Origin: Eledone cirrhosa
Taxonomy: Eukaryota
Direction: 5' to 3'
NCBI GenBank assembly: GCA_964016885.1
Contig: OZ024741.1
Coordinates: 127,224,001-127,288,000 of the forward strand
DNA: 64,000 nt
The notes below the pieces were generated by a model. The model worked only from the letters and a program-made list of their open reading frames with translations, made no database searches and was not told the origin of the DNA. The first letter of the stretch is position 1; the number at the start of each line of letters is the position of its first letter. Positions 1 through 12,603 of the stretch are shown here, in pieces. The position numbers were made by a program, and so were the translations under genes.

Positions 1-3
1 ACA

Positions 4-85
<82 letters not shown>

Positions 86-232
86 AGTGTGTGTGTAAAT
101 GTGATTCGATTGAGACAACCAATAATATATATATATATACAGTATATATATATATATATGTGTCAATGTATACACATAATATATGTATATATAAAAACAT
201 ATGCATACAAACATAAAAAGCATATATATATA

Positions 233-550
233 TTTCGTTTCTGAATTTGTTTAGCAAGATTATTTATCAGAAAACGTGTGTTGAAACCGATATTGTTATG
301 CTTTGGGAGGGTCATGTTGCCAATAAGAAACACACGCACCAGTTACTTTCACTCCAATTTATTATAAGTTAAATTTATAAATTTAAGAATTTATAAATTT
401 CTGGTTGGTTGGTTGGTTCCACAACCGCACGGCTGTTCATATATTGTCAAAGTTCTTTCGTCACACATTCTGTGACCTCTTCAGTGAGTGGGATTCTTTT
501 CTTTGTTTTTGTGCCTCTCCTTTGTTCTGTCCTATTCCATCTTGTTTTTG
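233..550 (-). mobile_element. Non-coding HHR-bearing repeat family A (PLE pLTR-derived / retrozyme-like), long arm
   Basis: Same ~320 bp sequence recurs at 773-979, 5935-6337, 26658-27310 and 37359-37681. Begins TTTCGTTTCTGAATTTG directly after (TA)n. Confidence 0.85.
446..488 (-). ncRNA. Minimal hammerhead ribozyme, family A (one stem I mismatch)
   Basis: Reverse complement of the 784-826 motif. Confidence 0.7.
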
Positions 551-732
551 TGTGTGTTGTGTGCTTAGTTTGCGCATGTGTTACATCCGGGTGTCTGTGT
601 GTGTTTATATATGTTTATTTATTTGTTTATACATTTTTAGGGGGCACCTGGCATATATACACACACACATACACACACATATATAGTGGTAAGAAACTCT
701 TAGGAGAGCTGGACAGCGAGAGGCTCTTACCA

Positions 733-772
<40 letters not shown>

Positions 773-773
<1 letters not shown>

Positions 774-979
774 AGAATCCCCAGTCACTGAAGAGGTCAC
801 AGAATGTGTGACGAAAGAACTTTGACAATATATGAACAGCCGTCCGGTTGTGGAACCAACCAACCAACCGGAAATTTATAAATTCTTAAATTTATAAATT
901 TAACTTACAATAAATTGGAGTGAAAGTAACTGGTGCGTGTGTTTCTTATTGGCAACATGACCCTCCCAAAGCATAACAA
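773..979 (+). mobile_element. Family A, inverted short arm
   Basis: Reverse complement of ~290-500. Ends at CCCAAAGCATAACAA followed by (TA)n. Confidence 0.85.
784..826 (+). ncRNA. Minimal type-I hammerhead ribozyme, family A
   Basis: GTCA-CTGAAGA-G-GTCACA(GAATG)TGTGAC-GAAA-G(AA)C-TT-TGAC: stem I GTCA/TGAC, 6-bp stem II, CUU cleavage triplet. Confidence 0.75.
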
Positions 980-1513
980 CATATATATATATATATATAC
1001 ATACATATACATAGAGAGATAGAGGGGGAGAGAGAGAGATGCGCATGTGCGTGCGTGGAGGTGTGTGGAGATATATTTATCTATACAAATGCAATTCTGT
1101 TTATGTACATAGGATGTGTATGTATAGTGTACACACAGACCCAGATACACACGCACACCGATATATATATGTGTGTGTGTGTGTGCGTGAGTGTATGTGC
1201 GTGAGTATGTGTGCGTGAGTGTGTGTGCGTGAGTAGGTGTGTGTCTGTGTGTGTGCAATCACATCTATATACAAACACACACACAAACACACATATATAT
1301 ATATATGTGTGTTTGTATATAGATGTGATTGCACACACACACACACACATATATGTGTGTGTGTGTGTGTGTGTGTGCAATCACACCTATATACAAACAC
1401 ATACACACACATACACACACACACACACACAGTGGTAAGAGCCTCTCGCTGTCCAGCTCTCCTAAGAGTTTCTTACCACTATATATGTGTTTGTATGTGT
1501 GTGTGTATATATA

Positions 1514-1590
1514 CCAGGTGCCCCCTAAAAATGTATACACACTTTGATTAGAGTGCTGTTGAAGTGCGTATACATTTTTGGGACACACTG
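1514..1590. mobile_element. Very short Tc1/mariner-type MITE
   Basis: Imperfect ~30 bp TIRs CAGGTGCCCCCTAAAAATGTATACACACTT / AAGTGCGTATACATTTTTGGGACACACTG in a TA context. Confidence 0.55.
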
Positions 1591-1794
1591 TGTATATATA
1601 TATATATAGTAAAATAACAAAAACAGTTATGGACGCTTGGTCTCACTAATATTCGAGGTAATAAAACTTCCAATAAAATTTTCAGGTTTTATTGCACGCT
1701 CAGCTGAAAAACTTATTTTAAAACCAATTATTCCACGCCGAATTTTATATAATTGCCTATAACACAACATATACAGACGCTTCTGGATATATAG

Positions 1795-1955
<161 letters not shown>

Positions 1956-2995
1956 TTTAAAGGAAGTAATTTCTCAGAGTAAGTGTAGTGGTGAAAGTTA
2001 TGAGTTCTGCGCCCCTGTTTGCTTTTATTGCCGTAGGGCGGTGTACTCATGCCTTCTGGCTTGTGGCAGCGTGCTGGTTTAGTTTCATATTCATTCAGCC
2101 TCAATATTATGCAATTCCACCCTAATGCACGAAATACCATTCCCAGGGAGTGGCTGATGAAAGATAATTTTGTTCATTCGTTCCACGTATTTCGTTTTTT
2201 TTTGTTTTTTTTATAGTGTGCAACTTTGATATATATACAAGGAAGGGGTGAAAAGTTCATAGGCTGATTATGAAGGAGTGATACTAGAGTTGTGAAATCT
2301 TGCATGCGTTGGTGTGGTGACATTGTTTTTTTTTTGGGGGGGGGGGCCTTTTTTTTTTTTGTTTTGGTGGGGGGTTTCTGAATTTAAGGATTTATTTTGA
2401 AATATGTTATACGTTTTCTTTACTGAGTTTATAGAATTGTAATATTGGAATTAATTAAGTTACTGTTAATAATATTATAGTTGATAATGTTGGAATAGTT
2501 TACAAATCTTTTTATATAAAAACAAAACACGATTAAAGAGAACAAAAATAGGAAATGAAAAGAAGAAATACATAAAAAGGATTAAGCAACGAAAGAAGGG
2601 GAGAGCGAGAGAGACAGATACTACACCCCAGACTGAGAGGGGGAGGGGGGTTTCAGCTACACCCTGCTGACAAAATGGCAAAAAGATTACCGCGGAGAAT
2701 GGTCAGAGACACCTGCTGCAACACTCACCCCACCTCTCGGGGCTCCTTCCTCAAGCGGGCTGATGTCATTCCGAGTGGTTATTTCAAGTTTCGGTTAATT
2801 TGGTTTAAACTCTGAGTGAAGCGTGCTGCAGCCGTTACTAGATCGCCTCCAACACCTAGCTCATCGGTTCCTTGTCTGACCCAAGCCTGTCAACTCTCAA
2901 CCGTCCGACGGGGAGATCTTCCAGCCACTTTGGGTTGGGTGAGAGATGTCTTCTCTTGTGAAAATGAGTATAGTTTTCATTATGTAAAATCTCCG

Positions 2996-3172
2996 GGCGG
3001 TGAATTGGCAGTATCGGTAGAGGGTCAGACGCCATGCTTTCCAGCATAGTTACGTCCCTTTACGATCTGAGTTCAAATCCCGCCGAGGTTGACTTTGCCT
3101 TTCGTCCTTACGGGTCGATAAAATAAAGTACCAGTAATGCACTGGGTAATTACTGGCCTTGTGCCTAAAGTA
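2996..3172 (+). mobile_element. tRNA-derived SINE with Nin/Deu-like central domain
   Basis: A box TGGCAGTATCGG, B box GAGTTCAAATCC, then GACTTTGCCTTTC.TCCTTACGGG.TCGATAAAATAAAGTACCAG. Several copies in the window. Confidence 0.8.
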
Positions 3173-4605
3173 GGTAATTATGTAAAATCTCCCCATTTTT
3201 ATTCATTTCTACCCGTGTTTGGACCCTTTTTTTCATGGTACTTCCCGTTTGGGTTTTTAGAGATTGCTCTCTGCCGCTCGTCTTTTAGTCTCCGATCGCA
3301 TTAACATGTTCACCAACTGCGTTTAGCACCAATATTAAGAGATTAAACTGAGGGACCTCCAAGCAAATCAAATTTGGTTTAACTTTATTTTCTTATGAAA
3401 AATGTGTTTTGGCGATGCATGAACGAAAGTCATCGAGTATGATGGTTCTGTGTTTATAGTTTGGTAGTTTTATGATTAAGTGTATATGTTGCTAATTTAA
3501 TCCAGTAGCCACAACCTTTGACGGAAACTGAATATTAAGGGAGTTTGTAGTCTGATGAAGTTTGTCTTCGTAGTACCAGTATAGTTGGTTGCTTTTTATT
3601 ACGTTTGAGATATTTAAGTTTGGTTTCGATTTATTTCTTGGCTACGGGTTTCAGATTTTCTTGATTAGACTTGAATTATTTGATGATCGATTTGCATGTG
3701 GTGGGCGTTGTTTTATTGTGTTAAATGTAGTGTTTTGTGGCTGAGTAAATGTATTTGTGTGATGAGTTTCGGTTGGTTTGTGGTAATCGTTTATTATCGG
3801 TGAGGTGAGAGAAAATTATATGTGTGTATATGTGTGTGTGTGTATGTGTGGGGTGTGTGTGTGTTTACATCTATATATCTGTATTTTTTACCTTAAGAAT
3901 ATCTCTCATATCTTCCACCTATAACTACATAAACACATCTAGCTTTGTATAAAACTATTTGGCTAATCATTATACTCTCCTATATAGCTCTCTACTTGCA
4001 AATAAAATTATATTTTTACTTTGTACATATACATACACAGACAGACAGACACGGACTTTTTGTGTTTTTATGTTATGATATTGTGCGATTATGTGTTGTG
4101 GGTAAGTTCTCGTTAGTGAAATAATTGGTTGTAAAATAAGTTGTTGTTTTTTTTTAGCTTAGCGTGCAATGAAAAGAAAGAATAAAATTGAAAATGTTAT
4201 TACATCTGGTATAAGTGAGAGCTTGCCTCCATAATGAATTTTGGTTTTATATTGAGTTGAAAGTCATGGAGATGGTCTTGAGAGGAAATGTGAGTTATAA
4301 CGTAGATCGCTTTTTTTAAACATGATTGGCTTAGCTCGTGAAGACAGGGCTGATTGATATCTCAAAGTTAAATTGGTTTCTGGTGTTGCTGCTGCTTTTG
4401 ATTTTGTTGTTGTTGTTACTGCTGTTGTTGTTTTTTGTTCTAGTTGTTGTTGTTGTTGTTGTCGTTTTTGTTGTTGCTGTTGTTTTTGTTGTTGTTGTTG
4501 CCATTCGTCTTCTTTATCTTTTGTTGTCTTTTTCTTTTTTCTTCTATCCAGTTTTTCTTCTGTCTTCTTTCGTTTTCTGTTTTCTTATTATTATTATTCA
4601 GAATT

Positions 4606-5120
4606 GGTATGCTTTGCAACATAGAGTTACGGCCCTTTATGATTTGAGTTCAAATCTCGCCGAGGTTAACTTTGCCTTTCATCCTTACGGGGTTGATAAA
4701 ATAAAGTACCAGTCCTGCACTGGGGTTGATTTAATCGACTTTCTCCTCCTCCACATTGCTGGCCTTGTGCCTAAAGTAGAAACAATTATTTCTTCTTCTT
4801 TTCTTCTTCTTCTTCGACCTCGTAACTATGAAAGACAAAGCTAACCTCGGCGGGATTTGAACTCAGAACGTAAAGAGCCGTAACTCTCTGCCACAAAGCA
4901 TGTTGTCCGCCGCTTTACGTTACTGCCAATCTACCGCATTCTTGAAATAATGGTTTCTACTTTAGGCACACGGCCAGCAATTTGAAAGGCGAATGGAAGA
5001 TTAAATCGACACCAGTGTGTTACTGGTACTTTATTTTATCGACCCCGTAAGGATGAAAGGCAAAGCTAACCTCGACGGGAATTGAACTCAGATGTAAAGG
5101 ACCATAACTCTATGCTGCAA
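4606..5120. mobile_element. Cluster of three Nin/Deu-type SINE pieces (4606-4790 +, 4829-4935 -, 4948-5120 -)
   Basis: Homology to 2996-3172 on both strands. Confidence 0.75.
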
Positions 5121-5189
5121 GCTTTCCTGAAATAAGACCTCTAATCAATACTCAATTCTTACTCTCACTGGAAACACTCAATAATTATT

Positions 5190-5360
5190 AAACTGATATT
5201 ACACTTTGTCAAACACAATGTCATGCTGAATCTCCCTGAGAATTGCGTTACGAGTACACATATCTGTGAAATGCTCCGCTTATTACATGTTACTTTCATG
5301 AGCAGACCGTTCCGTTGATCGAACAAATGGAACACTCATCATTGAAACCGATGGAGGCCC
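5190..5360 (+). repeat. Dispersed repeat of unknown class (also at ~35960-36095, ~46548-46850, ~28850-28920)
   Basis: Shared GCTGAATCTCCCTGAGAATT and GAAACCGA(T/C)GGAG segments. Confidence 0.6.
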
Positions 5361-5393
5361 ATTCCACAGAAGGAATGAAATGAGCCTGATGTA

Positions 5394-5491
<98 letters not shown>

Positions 5492-5670
5492 CATCAGGCT
5501 AATTTCATTCCTTGGGCCTCTATCGGCTTCCTGGTGATTTCTCCCGAATGAAACAGACCTAGTCCTGTAGAAGCCATTTCTATGTTAAATATTTATACTC
5601 TGCTGTGTATTGAGTACCTTACTTACTGTGGTTGCTCCCGATTGAACCCGCGATAAACTTATATATATAT

Positions 5671-5880
5671 GAAGGCGTGTGGCTGATTGGTTAGAGAACT
5701 GGATTCACAATTGTGAGATTCTGAGTTCAACTCCTGGACCGGGCGATGTGTTATGTCCTTGAGCAAGACACTTTATTTCACGTTGCTCCTTCTACCTGGA
5801 GTTGCGACCGATAGATAGTATTAGCAATTGGAAAGACCAACGAAAACATTGTTTCCTCGGTCCGATTTGACGAAAGTCGA
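5671..5880 (+). mobile_element. tRNA-derived CORE/V-like SINE
   Basis: A box TGGCTGATTGG, B box GAGTTCAACTCC, core TCCTTGAGCAAGACACTTTA. Related copies at 18955-19050, 27897-28190, 28560-28815 and 39285-39440. Confidence 0.75.
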
Positions 5881-5891
5881 TCGACAAAATA

Positions 5892-5934
<43 letters not shown>

Positions 5935-5935
<1 letters not shown>

Positions 5936-6331
5936 TTCGTTTCTGAATTTGTTTAGCAAGATTCTTTATCGGAAAACGTATGTTGAAACCGATATTGCTA
6001 TACTTTGGGATGGTCATGTTGCCAATAAGAAACACATGCACCAGTTGCTTTCACTCCAATTTATTATAAATTTAAAAATTTATAAATTTCCGGTTGGTTA
6101 GTTGGTTCCACAACCGGACGGTTGTTCATATATTGTCAAAGTTCTTTCGTCACACATTCTGTGACCTCTTCAGTGACTGAGGATTTATAAATTTTTACAT
6201 TTATAAATTTTATAAATTTATAAATTTTATAAATTATAAATTTTTTAATTTATAATTTAATTTATAATAAATTGGAGTGAAAGCAACTGGTGCGTGTGTT
6301 TCTTATTGGCAACATGACCCTCCCAAAGTAT

Positions 6332-6337
<6 letters not shown>
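5935..6337. mobile_element. Family A fold-back insertion (long arm 5935-6185 with HHR 6135-6177 on -, short inverted arm ~6245-6337)
   Basis: Homology to 233-550. Both ends abut (TA)n. Confidence 0.85.
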
Positions 6338-6405
<68 letters not shown>

Positions 6406-6472
6406 AAGGTTTAGTAAATAATGAAAAAGTTTCAAAATAAATTTTAAAAAATTGACTTTACCTACTATAGTT

Positions 6473-6556
6473 ACCTTTACCGATCGGTTTCGAATGCCAA
6501 AAATAAAACGGAGACCATACGGCCTTCGTTGCAAAGAAAGATTCTCGTCAGAAGGT
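6473..6556 (-). ncRNA. Type-I hammerhead ribozyme with enlarged stem-loop II
   Basis: ACCTT-CTGACGA-GAAT...ATTC-GAAA-CCGATCGG-TA-AAGGT: perfect stem I, palindromic stem III ACCGATCGGT, GUA site. Confidence 0.8.
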
Positions 6557-6656
6557 TCTTTTCATTCAAAGAATATAAAATTCCTGAATTTAAATCACAA
6601 ACTAGCGCTATCAAAAACTGTTCCTGGGATGAATATATATATATATATATATATAT

Positions 6657-7067
6657 ATAGAAAGATTTGAATGGATACAGTTTAGTTGAAAGGAATTTAT
6701 TGACACGTGTTTCTATAACAGTTACATAACCTAAAACAGCTATCTACAAACTTTTAGTTATGCAGACATTCAATATTTCAATGTTATTATTTACTGTCAT
6801 TTCATCAGATGAAATGACAGTAAATAATAACATTGAAATATTGAATGTCTGCATAACTAAAAGTTTGTAGATAGCAGCTGTTTTAGGTTATGTAACTGTT
6901 ATAGAAACACGTGTCAATAAATTCCTTTCAACTAAACTGTATCCATTCAAATCTTTCTATTTTTCTCCGGATTACTTTTGGAACTACAACTGGAACCGTC
7001 GAGCAAACTCTACGTGAGCTGATAATCTACTGTGTGTAATATTTATATTACAATACAACGGAAAATA

Positions 7068-7071
<4 letters not shown>
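6657..7071. mobile_element. Fold-back PLE pLTR fragment: ~150 bp palindrome (apex 6807) plus ~110 nt tail
   Basis: Arms 6657-6806 and 6808-6960 are reverse complements with one 3-nt indel. The HHR core CTGATGA-AATG...CATT-GAAA-TATTGAATG-TC-TGCA (6761-6808, -) starts at the apex. Confidence 0.8.
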
Positions 7072-7141
<70 letters not shown>

Positions 7142-7665
7142 TAGGGTGTGGTAAAAAAACCAGGTGGACCATAGCCCACCAGAGTACTCGATACTTGGGG
7201 TAGTAGAGTGGGTAATATGAAAAGATTCAGGACCCCGACGGCTGAGCTCCAGCCGTTTAGACAGCTAATTCGGATCTAGCTGTCGAAACGGCCGGAGCTC
7301 AGCCGTTCAGGTCCTGAATCTGTTCACATATATATGTTTATATGCTTTCAGTTCCTTAGAGGACTAACACCACACTCTGGATCTGAGCATATCAATGAAT
7401 TAACAAATCTATTACAACATTATGTTTTCCTATTTTTTCTGTTCAAGTTCTTACTGCCTGATTAGGTCATAGCTGTTGAATATTGGCTATCACTTATATA
7501 TATATATAGCAGCGAATATGAATAAACGAAGCTAAATTTACCATGTTGACTTACACTTCTTGTTTTTACATTACTCCGGAGTAAACAGACCAGCCTGTGC
7601 ACTTCGTTGAGTGCTCCAACTCCAACCTGCATACTGAGGTGTCGGTAAACAATCAACACATACAC

Positions 7666-7740
<75 letters not shown>

Positions 7741-7783
7741 GGAATACTGTTGGCTTTTTGCTACAATATTTTCTATACCTTTC

Positions 7784-7841
<58 letters not shown>

Positions 7842-7965
7842 GTTTGGAGTTAGAAGGTCAAAACAATGCAGATATGGATATAGAATATAAATACAAATGC
7901 AAAAGATATTTTTGTATGTAGCTAAGTGATCGTTTGAGGTCTGGTAATTTGAAGCATGTTGGTAC

Positions 7966-9291
7966 GTGCAGCCAGAAGAACTTAAATTAAATAGATACGC
8001 CTTTAGCCTCTACACTACAGTCACCGCTCATCCAGCTGTCGATTTATTGACGGACTGCGTGGTCGCAGAGGACGTCCACTGCTACGGCCTCCATCTCACG
8101 GACATACACCAGCTTTTGTCCTTCACAGTGGACAATTCGTACTTCACCTTCCACCACCACACATACAGAAAGACAACAAGATTACCCATGAGATCCAGCC
8201 TATCGGGCCTGCTGGCTATCACTTATATGAACCAGCTAGAATGCCGAGCCCTCAACACCTGCCATTCCTATACCTTCTCCACCCGATATGTAGATTACAT
8301 ACTCATCCTTACATCATCCCGTGAAGAAGCGGATAAAATATACACGGCATTCTCCAGCATGGACGCCAGTATAAAGTTCAGCATGGAACACCCCGATCAC
8401 CGCTGATCCCTATCCCTATTGGACTTCCAACTCAGGGTAACAGAGGAAGGCAACATCCACACCTGCTTCTATAAAAAAGCCGCCAGCAGGGACCTGTTCG
8501 TCCATTTCAGATCGGCCCTCCCAGCCAGCGCTAAGTTCGGATACATAAGGAACGAACTAACACGTTTCCGGAACAAATGCACCGACGCAAGAGACCGAGA
8601 CACACACACCACACATTTCCTGGAAGTACTTAAACTGAACGGATACCCGACGTCCACCGCGAACCGTGCCAGAAACAACAGATGACACCACACCCGAGGC
8701 ACTAACGCCTGCTTTCTGAAGCTCCCACACTTCAGTGACGAAACAACAACAGCCATCCGCAGAGCTATCAGACGAGAGGGAATAGATATCCAATTAGCCC
8801 ACTCAGGACCTTCTCTACGCGAACAGCTAACCAAAAGACACACCACCAGACATGACAGCCGCTGCAGACTAGCCAACTGCCCCATCAACGACACAGACCT
8901 ATGCCACCAGGCTTACGTCGTATACAGATTAGAGTGCGACAAATGCATCAATTTCTACATAGGTAGCACCACCAGACCACTTCACATAAGAATAAAAGAA
9001 CACCTCAATACTAACGCTTCCTCATTTAAGAAACATCTAGTGAAATGCAAAAACACCGACAAAAACATAATAGTTAGGATAGAAGCTAAGGAAAGAAACC
9101 TCGGCAATCTTAGAATTAAGGAAGCACTGATTATAGACAAAACACAATCACCAATCAATAACAGACTAGAACTCAACACCCAATTTTATAACATGATAGA
9201 GCACATAGCCCCACACTTATACCACCACGTACCCTCTCTCACACACACACACGCACACAGCCATGTCAGTAGAATGAGCCTCTCATTCTGA
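7966..9291 (+). pseudogene. 5'-truncated Penelope-like element RT + GIY-YIG (Nematis/Poseidon-like)
   Basis: One reading frame with two in-frame TGAs (8404, 8683). RT motifs TRYVDYILIL and LLDFQL; endonuclease VVYRLECDKC..YIGSTTRPLHIRIKEH. Confidence 0.85.
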
Positions 9292-9498
9292 CAGTTGGCA
9301 CGTGAACAGTGAGCTGTACTGAAGAATGGTGATACCCAGAAACATTAGTGTTTGCAGTTCTGTTTACATGCCAACACAAGAGCAAGAATGACATGGCTTT
9401 AAAAATGAGGCTTGTTTGCACAATTGCAAACGAATCTAATGTTATTATGAATGTTCGAAAAACTCAGATTACATTTATTGTATTCAGCCATGTAGAGC

Positions 9499-9506
<8 letters not shown>
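9260..9506 (+). mobile_element. HHR-bearing repeat family C (HHR at 9314-9357)
   Basis: CTGTA-CTGAAGA-ATGGTGATACCCA-GAAA-CATTAGTG-TT-TGCAG. Homologous to 16108-16510 and 41980-42340. Confidence 0.75.
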
Positions 9507-9569
<63 letters not shown>

Positions 9570-9934
9570 CACGGAGTGCAGCGCAACCTACGTCGGACAG
9601 ACTGGACGTCGCCTGGCAGATCGGTTCACGGTGCACCTCCGAGATATTCGTCTCGGCGGAAGTTCCCCCATCGCCCACCACTTTGGTTCCCCTGGACATT
9701 CCGCCCACCACCTCACAGTCTGTGGCCTGATCCAATGCCATGGGACCCCCGCCACCCGCCTCACGGTCGAGCAACACACCATCTTCACCCTACAGCCCCC
9801 CTCCCCCCCTTCCCCGCCTGAACCCCCCCCCCCAACTTCCTTTTGCATTCGGCCGTCTTTCTCCCCCCCACACACACACACACTCACATCCCTTACTAAC
9901 ACCACTAACGCACCCCCCAGTAAACAATAAAATT

Positions 9935-10260
9935 AATAAATATACAATATATTAAAATATGCATATAACGTCACATAGAGATATATAAAAAAAAAAAGAT
10001 GAGAAAGAAGAAGGTACGTGTATGCGTATGATATTTTTTTTTATATATCTCTATATGACGTTATGTGCATATTTTAATATATTGTATATTTATTTATTTT
10101 ATTGTTTTTATATGTGTGTATATGTGTATGCGTGTGCATCTCATACTCCCAATGTGTACTATAACATACGCATACACGTACCGTCTTCTTTCTCCTCTCT
10201 TTTTTTTTATATATCTCTATGTGACGTTATATGTATATTTTAATATATTGTATATTTATT
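9935..10260. repeat. Inverted repeat (9935-10030 / 10165-10260) with an extra direct partial copy
   Basis: AATATATTAAAATATGCATATAACGTCACATAGAG and its reverse complement. Confidence 0.75.
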
Positions 10261-10507
10261 TTATTGTTTTTATATGTGTGTATATGTGTATGCGTATGTG
10301 TATGTATATATATATATATGTGTGTGTTTATGTATAGAGAGTTATATATGTATATGTTACGTGAATGTGTATGGATGTATGTATATGATTATAATGTTTA
10401 TATCTCTGAATGTTTAGTACAAGATACATCTTTTAATGTATGACGTTATATGTATATTTTAGCATATTGTAGGGTTTTTTATAGATGTGTATATGTACAC
10501 ATATATA

Positions 10508-10636
<129 letters not shown>

Positions 10637-10709
10637 GCGTATATATATATATATATATATATAAATAAGAGACGTAAAATAAGAAAATTATAAATTTAAC
10701 TTACTTACT

Positions 10710-10750
<41 letters not shown>

Positions 10751-11241
10751 TTTTTTTTTTTTATGTGTGTATGTATACCTGCATGTATGTGTATGGATGT
10801 ATGTATTTGGTTACATTATTTATATTTGTGCATGTGTATAACAAGATGCATCCTTTCATGGATGACTCTGTACGACCCATTGTGCAGTTTTATATGACTG
10901 TGAGTATATCATATTTGAGTATGGACAGATATATGTATGCGTGTATGTATCTTTGTAGATGTACGTGGGCACGGAGGTAATTGGGCGCGTATTTGTTTGA
11001 ATGTATATGAGCCAGTGTGTGTGTGTGTACGTGCACCTACTGTAAGTAAAGGCTTGTTTGTTTGTGTGTACATTTTTTATGTGTGTGTACATATACATAT
11101 ATATATATATGGAAAGTTATATTTAAATTGTTGGGTTAACAACGAGTAAATATTTATAACTGATATAAAAGCACTCAACAAGTATTTGGAGTATATTTAT
11201 GATATTAAATAAATGGAAACTATATTTATAAAACCATATTT

Positions 11242-11305
11242 ATTTCGTTATATATATTTCAGGGATATCATATTAACAATATGTTATGCCATCTTCAGAC
11301 AAAAT
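11242..11305 (-). ncRNA. Hammerhead ribozyme in pLTR
   Basis: Reverse complement of 15033-15096. Confidence 0.75.
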
Positions 11306-12603
11306 ACAATATAAACAGTCTTATAAATAAATAGATACGACATACCTTTCAATCACCTTGCATTTGGGAGGTTGATTTGGTAGTAAAAAATATTGTGGAC
11401 AGTTGTAAAAAGAAAGAGATAAAGAGAGAAAGAAAGAGAAACGAAGAAAAAGAAGAAATGCATGTGACTAAATAGAGGGATATAGAAAGATAGATAAAGA
11501 GAAGAACTTCATGTAAAGAAACAGAGAGAAATATATATAGAGAGAGGAAAAAAGAAAGAGATAGATAGAGATAGATAGAGAAATTAGGAAGTTGAGTATC
11601 GGTTGATACATTTATTTATTTATTTATTTATTTATTTAGCTCTAGTATTAATGTAAAGAGAGATGTATGTAGTTAAGAGAGAAAATAGCCGTTATATAGA
11701 GAGAAAAAAGAGAAAATGAAAAAGAGAAAATGAAACATAACCAGACATAAACGATGCAGAATTTAAAACCGCTATGTTTTATCCGTAGAAAATATTAGTT
11801 CGTATAAAACAGGCATTATAATGTAAGTACCAGTATTCATGAATGAGACATGTATCTATAATGTGTGAAAAGTAATGATCTTATGTCTAGTTTTTAAAAA
11901 TTCATATGTTTATATCATAATTATAAACTCCCAATTCACACGAAAACATTCTCATTGTGCTATAAAAATTCAAGTATACATATATGTGTGTATATATACC
12001 CATATATATATAGAGTCTATATTAATTTTAACAATACTATTCTTGTCTTTATTCTACCTGATTGTCGATCAAGCAGAAATAGAGAACAGATTTCAATATA
12101 TTAATAAAAATAAAAATAAAAATAAAAATAAAAATAAAAATATCAGAGACAAGAAAATAAAATAAATAAATAAATAAACAGAAAACTAAAACATTTAATA
12201 TTAAAAATAAAAAATATTACAAAATATTAAAAAATATTAAAAAATAATACAAATAAAACACAGAGATCAGCCTTTCAAAGTTAATTGACAATATATTGCC
12301 AAGATCATCATAAGCATCAGAGTCGAAACAGATAAAACAAAAATTGTTTACCAAATCCTGTCTAGCAGAAATCATTCCAAAAGTTTAGGATACCCATTTG
12401 GTCTACATATGTTCTTATATATAATATAGAAGTTTATCTAGTTTAAAATTTAATTCGATATATTTGGAGCATCAGCTTTTAGGGTAGTTTAATTATTCAT
12501 GAAGAATGTTTTAATAAAAAGAATGTTTTAATAAAAAGAAGAAATCGAAATATTTATCGGCTAGTTTCATAAATAATTACAAATCAAATCAAAACAAACA
12601 TAA

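Noticed and set aside
2150-2185. GTGG-CTGATGA...CCAC as a hammerhead
   Set aside because: No GAAA box or convincing stem II.
2996-3085. tRNA gene
   Set aside because: A and B boxes are present, but it is the head of a multi-copy SINE and no cloverleaf is evident.
8404-8685. Two in-frame TGAs in the PLE ORF as recoding sites
   Set aside because: They fall at likely Gly/Arg positions (GGA/CGA to TGA point mutations), and other motifs are also mutated.
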